A stretch of DNA of 32,000 nt, taken from assembly GCF_000015945.1 (NCBI RefSeq), contig NC_009033.1, positions 1,020,001 through 1,052,000 of the forward strand. The letters run 5' to 3'. Below are positions 1 through 7,337 of the stretch, piece by piece. Source of the stretch: Staphylothermus marinus F1 (GTDB lineage Archaea; Thermoproteota; Thermoprotei_A; Sulfolobales; Desulfurococcaceae). The notes beneath the pieces are model-generated. The model was not told the origin of the DNA. It searched no databases and saw nothing but the letters and a program-made list of their open reading frames with translations. The position numbers and the translations under genes were made by a program. The number at the start of each line of letters is the position of its first letter. Within the stretch, counting starts at the first letter, position 1.

Positions 1-295
1 AGAAATAGTGAGTGAAGGCTTCGATCTCGAGAACCTATTGTATCGATGGCTTGAAGATTTACTGACACTATATTATAGTGAAAACCTTATTTGTAGCCAA
101 ATACAAGTACTATCTCTAAACATTATGAAAAGAGAAGATGAAATACAATACGTTATTAAGGGAAAATGCAGTGGAGACTACTTTGACCCAAACAAACATG
201 TTTCAAAAGTAGAGATAAAAGCTGTAACGTATCACTTAATGAGAATAATTAAAGATGAAGAGAAATGGAAGGCATACTTTGTTCTAGACATTTAG
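1..295 (+). CDS. archease, C-terminal part (5' end lies upstream of the window)
   Basis: The frame of ORF 8..295 is open to the window edge. The C-terminal KVEIKAVTYHLMRI...KAYFVLDI fits the conserved archease C-terminal pattern (EIKAVTYH...V.DI). Confidence 0.75.
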   Translation, partial: EIVSEGFDLENLLYRWLEDLLTLYYSENLICSQIQVLSLNIMKREDEIQYVIKGKCSGDYFDPNKHVSKVEIKAVTYHLMRIIKDEEKWKAYFVLDI

Positions 296-844
296 TTTTC
301 TCAAAGTATTAGAGCATGTTTCACAGAAAAACCTAGTCTTGGCATCAACTTCATATACAGAATTACTAAAGCTCATAACACATGTTCTTCTCTTACAATG
401 GCTTAAACCCAATAAATGTCCTAGTTCATGCACTATTTCCTTAGCTACTCTCTCCAAATAGAGGTTATAATTTGGTTCTTCACCATAAAACCTTGGATCA
501 AGTCTGCGTGTAAAAACAACTGCTATCCTATTTATAGGAGAAGCCTCCCCGAAGACAAAGTTTAATCCATAATCATATCCATCAATATAACCAATACCAA
601 CAATAAAATACTCGTTTAAGTAATCATAAAACATATTTCCCATATTCTCAATAATACATGGAGCAAGATACTGTTTTCGAGCCCAGTTAAAACATTTCAT
701 AGAAGGCTTAATAGTAGAGGGCCAAATCAGTATTTCAGAACTCAATCCGGCTCTGCTTAGTGAGTCTGCAACTATATTTTTCCAGTCATCAATATAGTCG
801 AAAACATAGTTTCGATTCAACGGGACAAACAAAACTTTCAACAT
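284..844 (-). CDS. amzA: archaemetzincin-type zinc metalloprotease
   Basis: HELGHLLGLSHC followed by CVMSFS...CETC matches the HExxHxxGxxHC...CxM...CxxC archaemetzincin signature. Its 3' end overlaps the archease 3' end convergently by 12 nt. Confidence 0.9.
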   Translation of the reverse strand: MLKVLFVPLNRNYVFDYIDDWKNIVADSLSRAGLSSEILIWPSTIKPSMKCFNWARKQYLAPCIIENMGNMFYDYLNEYFIVGIGYIDGYDYGLNFVFGEASPINRIAVVFTRRLDPRFYGEEPNYNLYLERVAKEIVHELGHLLGLSHCKRRTCVMSFSNSVYEVDAKTRFFCETCSNTLRKLNV

Positions 845-941
845 ATATATTTCACCAAGAAATACGTAGTTAGAAGTAAAATATTAGTTTTAGGTAGTAA
901 AGAATAATAATGTATTCTAGGCTCCCAGCTACTGTTTTAAA

Positions 942-952
942 TGAAGAAAAAG
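942..952 (-). terminator. T-rich tract directly after the tRNA-Phe 3' end
   Basis: The minus strand reads TCTTTTTCTTCAT immediately downstream of the tRNA discriminator base. Oligo-T tracts are the usual archaeal termination signal. Confidence 0.35.
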
Positions 953-953
953 A

Positions 954-1027
954 TGCCGCCGCGGGGATTTGAACCCCGGACAACCCGGTCTTCAGCCGGG
1001 CGCTCTCCCAGGCTGAGCTACGGCGGC
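954..1027 (-). tRNA. tRNA-Phe (anticodon GAA)
   Basis: The reverse complement folds as GCCGCCG-TA-GCTC...GAGC-G-CCCGG-CTGAAGA-CCGGG-TTGTC-CGGGG-TTCAAAT-CCCCG-CGGCGGC-A. This is a 74-nt cloverleaf with a canonical CU-GAA-GA anticodon loop. Confidence 0.93.
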
Positions 1028-1077
1028 GTTTTCAATATATATCGTTTAGCATTTGGGTTTATTAGTTTTATTAGAAA

Positions 1078-1085
1078 TTTAAATA
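1078..1085 (+). promoter_or_regulatory. TATA box (TTTAAATA) for the nucleotidyltransferase gene
   Basis: TTTAAATA lies about 47-54 nt upstream of the ATG at 1132. AGGAGG at 1116-1121 gives a Shine-Dalgarno with 10-nt spacing. Confidence 0.4.
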
Positions 1086-1131
1086 TATCTAGAAATATTC
1101 AGCATCAGGTGTTCTAGGAGGCGAAAAAGAT

Positions 1132-1833
1132 ATGATGGCTGTAATTCTTGCAGGAGGTTTCGGTAAGAGATTACGTCCATATACAGAGGAAATACCTAAG
1201 CCCCTAGTTAGCGTTGCTGAAAAACCAATTCTTGAATGGCAAATTGAATGGTTGAAACAGTATGGTTTCAATGAGTTCGTATTACTTGTAGGATATAGGA
1301 AAGAGAAAATAATAGAACATATTGGGAGTGGTGGAAAACTGGGTGTTAAAGTAACATATGTTGTTGAAGACGAACCATTAGGAACAGGTGGCGCAATCAA
1401 GAACGCTGAACATATTCTTTCTAAAGAGGAGAAATTCTTAGTATTAAACGGAGATATATTAACAAATCTTAATCCAATGAAACTATTCGAAAAACTAGAT
1501 GAGCACCCAGAATTCGTAGCTGTAATAGCTAGTATACCATTACCTAGCCCTTACGGTGTACTGGAGATAAAGGATTCCAAAGTAACAGGTTTCGTTGAAA
1601 AACCAAAACTACAAGATTACTGGATAAACGCCGGCATATATGCAATGAAGCCTTCGGCTCTAAAATACTTCCCAGAGAGAGGGGATCTGGAGAGAACAGC
1701 GTTTCCGGCAATGGCTAAAGATGGAGTTCTAGGAGCCGTTAAGTATACAGGTGTATTCTGGAAATCTGTAGATACATATAAGGATCTAGAAGAAGCAACT
1801 AAAGCAATAATAAAGCTTGGAGGCAAATTATAA
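1132..1833 (+). CDS. sugar-phosphate nucleotidyltransferase (NDP-sugar pyrophosphorylase family)
   Basis: N-terminal AVILAGGFGKRLRPYTEEIPKPLV is the G-x-G-x-R-L nucleotidyltransferase signature. Length and the LGTGGA motif fit mannose-1-P/glucose-1-P nucleotidyltransferases. Sugar specificity cannot be determined. Confidence 0.85.
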   Translation: MMAVILAGGFGKRLRPYTEEIPKPLVSVAEKPILEWQIEWLKQYGFNEFVLLVGYRKEKIIEHIGSGGKLGVKVTYVVEDEPLGTGGAIKNAEHILSKEEKFLVLNGDILTNLNPMKLFEKLDEHPEFVAVIASIPLPSPYGVLEIKDSKVTGFVEKPKLQDYWINAGIYAMKPSALKYFPERGDLERTAFPAMAKDGVLGAVKYTGVFWKSVDTYKDLEEATKAIIKLGGKL

Positions 1834-1900
1834 TCAGATTTTCCGGCTCTCATCACAGCCTTTTTCATAGGGCTCATGAGACCCTCTTATCATCACTTAA
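1831..1900 (-). ncRNA. candidate C/D-box sRNA (2'-O-methylation guide)
   Basis: The minus strand reads TTAA-GTGATGA(C, 1896..1890)-12 nt-ATGA(D', 1877..1874)-17 nt-GTGATGA(C', 1856..1850)-12 nt-CTGA(D, 1837..1834)-TTAT. Both guides are exactly 12 nt and a 3-bp terminal stem (TAA/TTA) is present. It lies in non-coding DNA right after the 1132..1833 stop codon. Confidence 0.45.
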
Positions 1901-2055
1901 CCACAATAATAACAATAAGTATATGGGGCTAATAATAGTTAAATAAAATTTAGTTAGTTCAAAAATATTTATTTTTACCCATAAATCCTCTAGGCTAGTA
2001 GAAACAAAGTTTTAAACCTTGAATAAATAAACCATTTATAGACTCGATGCTAGAT

Positions 2056-2131
2056 GCGGCGGTCGTCTAGCCTGGACTAGGACGCCGGCCCTCCAAGCCG
2101 GAGATCCCGGGTTCAAATCCCGGCCGCCGCA
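2056..2131 (+). tRNA. tRNA-Gly (anticodon UCC) with unusual C at position 33
   Basis: Folds as GCGGCGG-TC-GTCT...GGAC-G-CCGGC-CCTCCAA-GCCGG-AGATC-CCGGG-TTCAAAT-CCCGG-CCGCCGC-A, a 76-nt cloverleaf. The central triplet of the 7-nt loop is TCC. TTTATAGA at 2035-2042 is a plausible TATA box. Confidence 0.85.
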
Positions 2132-2245
2132 TTACCTTAATTAGGCTGAATATTTTTATCTCTATACTTTATCTGTTAAGTATATATGTAATGTCTCTAA
2201 TCATATAGTATAGTTATACATTAGCCCACAGTTTTTACCATAACA

Positions 2246-2253
2246 TTTTATAG
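2246..2253 (+). promoter_or_regulatory. TATA box (TTTTATAG) positioned for a leaderless transcript starting at ATG 2279
   Basis: The box centre lies about 27-29 nt upstream of ATG 2279 and no good SD precedes that ATG. This pattern is typical for first genes of crenarchaeal operons. Confidence 0.4.
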
Positions 2254-2278
2254 TTTGCTTGGTTATACGGGGTATTGG

Positions 2279-3385
2279 ATGCTAAAAACTATTATATTAA
2301 GTATGCGGGGGTTGTCATTTTTGAGATTTACATGGATGTGTAAAAATCCACCATCAATTACTGCAGGGCGTTCAAGAATCAAAATATCTATAATAGGTGC
2401 TGGTCCTGGAGGGCTTGCCGCAGCAGGCTATTTCGCTTGTCTAGGCTACTCCGTAACAGTATATGATAAACAACCATTACCTGGAGGAATGATGGTTTTC
2501 GCCATTCCTAAAGTTAGGATACGTGATGAAACAGTATTGGAAGGCATATATGAGCTTAGAGATAAGTTCGGTGTTGTCTTTAAGAATAATATTAAGATAT
2601 TCGGTAATCATGAACCACCAAAAGAGGAAGGCGATCACTTCGTGAAGGAACTGATTAATCTAAAAGATATTGTTGATGAAAGTGATGCGGTCCTAATTAC
2701 GACTGGTACATGGCAAAGTAGAAAACTAAGAATACCTGGAGAGGAAGGTCCTAGAGTTATGAGCGCAGTAGAGTATCTCTACGACATACGTGTTTGGGAG
2801 AAAGGGTTGGTTGATCATAAACCGAGTGTTGGGAGAAAAGTAGTAATAATAGGTGCTGGTTTAAGCGCGGTGGATGCAGCTCTGGAGGCACTTGAACAAG
2901 GTGTTGAAGAAGTTATGATTGCTTATAGGAGAACAAAGAAACAAGCTCCTGCAGGTGTCTATGAGATAAACAAACTTATAAAAAGAGGTGTTAAATGGAT
3001 TGAGCTCGTTAGCCCAGTAGAGATAATCAGAGAGAATGGAGGAGTGAAAGCGATTCGCCTACAAAGAATGAGGCTTGGAGAACCTGATGAAAGCGGTAGA
3101 CCAAGACCAATACCTATTCCTGGAAGCGAATTCGACTTAGAAGCAGATACAATAATTGAGGCAATAGGAGAAATACCTACTCCGCCTCTTGTCAACGGAT
3201 ACCTAGGAATAAAGCTAGATAAAAGAAACAAAATAATTGTAGATGAAAAATTTAGAACAAGTAATCCAAAAGTATGGGCCGCTGGAGACGTTGTAACAGG
3301 CCCTAGCTTCATAGGTAATGCAATAAAAACTTCTCTCTACGCATCTAAATCTATACATACATATTTAAGTGGCAAGATTTTATGA
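2279..3385 (+). CDS. FAD/NAD(P)H-binding oxidoreductase, GltD/SudA-like (glutamate synthase small-subunit family) lacking the N-terminal Fe-S domain
   Basis: Two Rossmann motifs are present, ISIIGAGPGGLAAAG (FAD) and VVIIGAGLSAVDAALE (NAD(P)H), plus the C-terminal VWAAGDVVTGPS FAD motif. The start is uncertain: the track ORF starts at TTG 2255, with in-frame ATGs at 2279, 2303 and 2336. I chose 2279 from the TATA spacing. Confidence 0.85.
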   Translation: MLKTIILSMRGLSFLRFTWMCKNPPSITAGRSRIKISIIGAGPGGLAAAGYFACLGYSVTVYDKQPLPGGMMVFAIPKVRIRDETVLEGIYELRDKFGVVFKNNIKIFGNHEPPKEEGDHFVKELINLKDIVDESDAVLITTGTWQSRKLRIPGEEGPRVMSAVEYLYDIRVWEKGLVDHKPSVGRKVVIIGAGLSAVDAALEALEQGVEEVMIAYRRTKKQAPAGVYEINKLIKRGVKWIELVSPVEIIRENGGVKAIRLQRMRLGEPDESGRPRPIPIPGSEFDLEADTIIEAIGEIPTPPLVNGYLGIKLDKRNKIIVDEKFRTSNPKVWAAGDVVTGPSFIGNAIKTSLYASKSIHTYLSGKIL

Positions 3386-3405
3386 GCTAGCCTCACATAT
3401 ATGAG

Positions 3406-3942
3406 GTGTCCAATATAGCCACATCTACTTCTAAAAATGAAAAAGAACTCGTATATATGAGATACATAGATCTAGATAAGTGTATAGGCTGTTATACGTG
3501 TGAGGCAGTATGCGACTTCCTACACAACGGTAAACCATTCATTAAAATCTATGAAACAAGCATTGGACTAAGAACACCTATTTCGTGTCTACACTGTAGT
3601 CGTGCACCATGCATCGAGGTATGTCCCACAGGAGCTATGACAAGGGATGAAAGTGGCGCAGTTTATGTTGAGTACATGAAATGTATAGGTTGTATGGCGT
3701 GTCTATATGCATGTCCATTTGGTATACCAGAGCTTGATCCCAAGGTGGGTGTGTCGACAAAGTGTGATTTATGTAGACCATTACGTGCCCAAGGCTTGGA
3801 TCCAGCCTGCTATGCGATGTGTCCAGCAGAAGCGATTATGTATGGTAAACCTAAAGATATAAGCGAACAAATTAGAAAGAGGAAAGCGGAGTTAATGATC
3901 AAAGCAAAGATGTCCGGGCCCAGCACAGAATCGATAAGTTAA
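3406..3942 (+). CDS. hycB: HycB/HyfA-like 4x[4Fe-4S] ferredoxin-type electron-transfer subunit
   Basis: Four cluster motifs are present: CIGCYTCEAVC, CLHCSRAPCIEVCP, CIGCMACLYACP and CDLC...CYAMCP. It sits immediately upstream of the HycC-like gene, as in hycBCDEFG. The start may be ATG 3457 (MRYIDLDKCIGC), which aligns better with the HycB N-terminus. Confidence 0.85.
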   Translation: MSNIATSTSKNEKELVYMRYIDLDKCIGCYTCEAVCDFLHNGKPFIKIYETSIGLRTPISCLHCSRAPCIEVCPTGAMTRDESGAVYVEYMKCIGCMACLYACPFGIPELDPKVGVSTKCDLCRPLRAQGLDPACYAMCPAEAIMYGKPKDISEQIRKRKAELMIKAKMSGPSTESIS

Positions 3943-4015
3943 TATTGAAAATATAAATATTCATAGTTTTATTTATTAATTGACTTAATATAACCACCTT
4001 TGCAAGGGAAAACAC

Positions 4016-5491
4016 ATGATAATCACAATGATGATTATCTATGTAATTTTCATGATTTTATCAATATCTGTAATTTATCTACCTGTGCGGAAAAGGAGCC
4101 TATTAGTATTCTTAAGAGTAATTGCATATGTATTACCTGCTATTTTGTCTTTATTAGGATTATTCGACCCCATTTCATTCGTATTTATAGCAGTGGCCAT
4201 ACCTGTAGGGTTGCTCGTTAGCTTATATAACTTATGGTATGCTGGATCAAAATATGATAGAAGTTGGGATCTAGTTCGTTTACTGGACTTATTCAACATA
4301 ACCATTATATATACATTTCTAGCTCCTAATTTATTGCTATTTATATCTATATGGACAATCACTGAAATCATTGGTTTTCTACTTGTCAGTTTCGAGGGTG
4401 GAGACGAAGCTTTTCGTGCAGGATATAGGTTCTTTTTCCTGAAGAGCTTGGCATTTGAGTTATCTGCACTTTCCATATTAGCTATTTTGTCTCAGAATAT
4501 TAGCATAATTGATTCTTTAATATTGCCATTCAATGAGTTACCTAAGACATACTTAGATCTTATACAAGCATTGCTTGTTACACTAGGATTCATTACTACA
4601 TCAGCAATAGTGCCTCTTCATTTTTGGCTACCAAATGCTCACAGTATCGCTCCAAGTAGTGCATCAAGCGTATTGAGTGGATTAACGGTAAAGATGGGAT
4701 TCTATGGATTGATAAGAATAACTAGTTTTCTTAGATTACCGATTAGCTATTGGTGGATATTGCTTAGCCTAAGTATTCTTACATCAATTTATGGGTTTAC
4801 AGTTTTACTTGTTCAAAAAGATATTAAGAGACTACTTGCATACAGTACCATTGGCAATACAGGTTTCATAGCGGCTCTCTTATCAATATATGCAATATCA
4901 CATAATAACCTTCTATATACTGCCACGATGCTTAACATATATGCTCATGCAATATATAAGGCTGCATTATTCATTAATACTGGGACAATAGTTATGTTAG
5001 CACATACTCGAAACATAGAGCGTCTAAGCGGGTTGGTTGCTTTTACTCCTTATTCTAGTATGGGTGTTCTATTTAACATCTTGAGTGTTATAGGAGTACC
5101 TCCAACAATAGGTTTTATAGGTAAGTTAGTTGCTGTTGTTGCGTTATTAATAGTTAATGATTTAGCTTTGAAGATGCTGGGGTTACTAACTATTGTTTAT
5201 GCAATACTTATAAGTATTATCTATGGTTATAGAATATTATCTATACACTGGCGCGTTACATCAATTGAATTCTCGGCTTCTTATATACCTTTATATCCGC
5301 AGATAATCGAGCTGATAATGGGTAGTTTGGGCATAATTTATGGGTTAATTATTTTTCTCTTGTTCAATGTTGGAATGTTGCTTATTCTTTCCATTGTAAA
5401 TGTCTTTGCACTTCTACTAGTTGCTGTATTGATCGCAGTCTTCTACTACAATATTAGAGCACGTATAATGAGGGAGGTGAGTACGAGTTGA
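4016..5491 (+). CDS. hycC: antiporter-like membrane subunit 1 (HycC/HyfB - NuoL/M/N - MrpD family)
   Basis: A polytopic membrane protein carrying the family motif LHFWLPNAHSIAPSSASSVLSGLTVKMGFYGLIR. Confidence 0.85.
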   Translation: MIITMMIIYVIFMILSISVIYLPVRKRSLLVFLRVIAYVLPAILSLLGLFDPISFVFIAVAIPVGLLVSLYNLWYAGSKYDRSWDLVRLLDLFNITIIYTFLAPNLLLFISIWTITEIIGFLLVSFEGGDEAFRAGYRFFFLKSLAFELSALSILAILSQNISIIDSLILPFNELPKTYLDLIQALLVTLGFITTSAIVPLHFWLPNAHSIAPSSASSVLSGLTVKMGFYGLIRITSFLRLPISYWWILLSLSILTSIYGFTVLLVQKDIKRLLAYSTIGNTGFIAALLSIYAISHNNLLYTATMLNIYAHAIYKAALFINTGTIVMLAHTRNIERLSGLVAFTPYSSMGVLFNILSVIGVPPTIGFIGKLVAVVALLIVNDLALKMLGLLTIVYAILISIIYGYRILSIHWRVTSIEFSASYIPLYPQIIELIMGSLGIIYGLIIFLLFNVGMLLILSIVNVFALLLVAVLIAVFYYNIRARIMREVSTS

Positions 5492-7035
5492 TGCTTATGA
5501 ATAGTGTTGACGCTAGTATTCTAGTTACCAAATACCTTATCTTAGCAACTTTATCATCATTAATACTTATCGGTGGAAGCATTGTTGATAAAAGAAGAAT
5601 TTTGGGTAGGATTCTCCGTGTAATAGGATATATTGGAATTATCTTGTTTGTTGTGATTGATGCATTGTATATGCATATTTTAAATAGTATATCTTATCCA
5701 TTTCTGTTATTGCTTAGCCTTATCTGTGTTTCTATAACCATTTATACAGAGGGATACTCTAGAGTCTTATTTGGTATGGCGAGAGTTTTACAAGTACCGG
5801 TAGAGATACTATCAGTTTCTATGTTGATGTTGTTTTCTTCAACACTATTGATAGAATTTGTAATGTTTTGGATTATAACTGAGCTCATAGGTTTTATGAT
5901 AATATTATTTAATGGAACACATGAATCGTGGAGAGCTGCCATAACTTATCTAGTAGTTGGTGCATTAACAGCTGATATAAGCTTATTCACAGTGCTTGCA
6001 GTTCTTGCTCAAAATATCGGGTTAGAAAATATATTTTCGCTCTCAATTAAGAATATAATGCTTTTACAAAGTAGTGTTAATCCACTATTATCTATATTGA
6101 TTCTTTTAGGCTTTATAGCGAAAGCAGCTCTTGTCCCATTTCATTTCTGGTTGCCAGACGCTTATACAGTGGCACCTACTCCAGCATCGGCTCTCTTTAG
6201 TGGAGTTATGGAGAAAATGAGTGTCTTTAGTATACTAATTATATTCTACATGATTAATGTTGATTATATCCTTACTGGTACGATATTGATTATACTGGGT
6301 CTACTAACATCTATCTATGCTGGTTTACAAGCTATTCTACAATCTGATGCTAAGAGGTTGTTATCATATAGTACTATGGGTTATAGTGGTTGTATAATGG
6401 GCTTTGTAGGACTTTATGCCCTTACTGGTTTTGAAGAAATAGTATTATATGCTTTTCTGCTCCTAATCTTTGCTCATGGTCTCTCTAAGTCACTACTTTT
6501 TATGAATGCTGGTACCATGGAGATTCTTGCAAATACAAGGGAAATATACGATCTAGGATATCTAGCTAGGATAGATAGAAGAGGTGCATTCACAATTGTA
6601 TTTGGTGGATTAAGTCTTTTAGGGGCTCCTCCAACTATTGGTTTTATAGCAAAGTTCTTAGGGTTTGCAGCTGCATTGTTTGCTGTTATAAGATATGGAG
6701 TAATAGGTGTCCCATTGCTTGTCTCGCTAGCATTCATGTCTGCAGCTGGGATCGTATATGTGCTGAAATACTTGGGGAGCTATTATGGGGGATACAAGCC
6801 TTTTATCGGCAGGGTCATTAAGTACTATCTCTTAGATTGGGGCGAAATTCTTAGTGTTATTCTAATAATTGTTCTAGGAATAGTTGGATCATATATGGTA
6901 TATGTTCTGCTTTCATCGATTTATGTGTTAATACTAGATATTATTTTACTCTTGGCGTTGTTGATTACGCAACTAAATATTAAGAGGATAAAAATACGTG
7001 AAGAAGAACCCTGGATTGGAGGTGCTTATCCATGA
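5491..7035 (+). CDS. antiporter-like membrane subunit 2 (HycC/HyfB - NuoL/M/N - MrpD family)
   Basis: Carries FHFWLPDAYTVAPTPASALFSGVMEKM. The ATG at 5491 overlaps the upstream TGA (TGATG) and GGAGGTGA lies at 5473-5480. The track lists TTG 5488 as the start. Confidence 0.85.
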   Translation: MLMNSVDASILVTKYLILATLSSLILIGGSIVDKRRILGRILRVIGYIGIILFVVIDALYMHILNSISYPFLLLLSLICVSITIYTEGYSRVLFGMARVLQVPVEILSVSMLMLFSSTLLIEFVMFWIITELIGFMIILFNGTHESWRAAITYLVVGALTADISLFTVLAVLAQNIGLENIFSLSIKNIMLLQSSVNPLLSILILLGFIAKAALVPFHFWLPDAYTVAPTPASALFSGVMEKMSVFSILIIFYMINVDYILTGTILIILGLLTSIYAGLQAILQSDAKRLLSYSTMGYSGCIMGFVGLYALTGFEEIVLYAFLLLIFAHGLSKSLLFMNAGTMEILANTREIYDLGYLARIDRRGAFTIVFGGLSLLGAPPTIGFIAKFLGFAAALFAVIRYGVIGVPLLVSLAFMSAAGIVYVLKYLGSYYGGYKPFIGRVIKYYLLDWGEILSVILIIVLGIVGSYMVYVLLSSIYVLILDIILLLALLITQLNIKRIKIREEEPWIGGAYP

Positions 7036-7337
7036 GTCTAGCAAAAGCATCAATTATTTACGAATTGGAAAAAATTCTGAGAAAAGTCAGGAGAGGGATA
7101 ACTAATATTAGGGAACCATTAAGCCGTATCGGCGCTGAAATAATTGTTTCTCCCAGTATTGTGGGAGCCAAGATCGAGGAAGCGATTTTGCGATCAGCTG
7201 ATAGGTTTGCAGAGAAAATTAATAGTGTTCAGAAAAGTATTGAGGAAAGTCTTGTAATGAGCAGTTTGTATATAGGCTTCCTTATGACTATGACAATAAT
7301 AGTTGCAACGGTGATACTGTATGTTATTGGATATTAG
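7032..7337 (+). CDS. small operon-internal protein: charged helical N-part plus one C-terminal TM helix; function unknown
   Basis: An ATGA start/stop overlap links it to the upstream gene and a 17-nt overlap links it to the downstream gene. The only hydrophobic segment is the C-terminal LYIGFLMTMTIIVATVILYVIGY. I recognise no family motif. Confidence 0.6.
   Translation: MSLAKASIIYELEKILRKVRRGITNIREPLSRIGAEIIVSPSIVGAKIEEAILRSADRFAEKINSVQKSIEESLVMSSLYIGFLMTMTIIVATVILYVIGY

Noticed and set aside
2132-2278. Possibility that the GltD-like gene is a 5'-truncated pseudogene whose Fe-S domain decayed upstream.
   Set aside because: The upstream region is AT-rich non-coding DNA with no Cys-motif remnants in any frame. 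It contains a well-placed TATA box, and the remaining ORF is intact with all cofactor motifs.
4000-4221. 73-aa ORF overlapping the start of the first HycC-like gene in another frame.
   Set aside because: The 4016..5491 frame carries the conserved antiporter-like motifs. The 4000 ORF is a short alternative-frame artefact.
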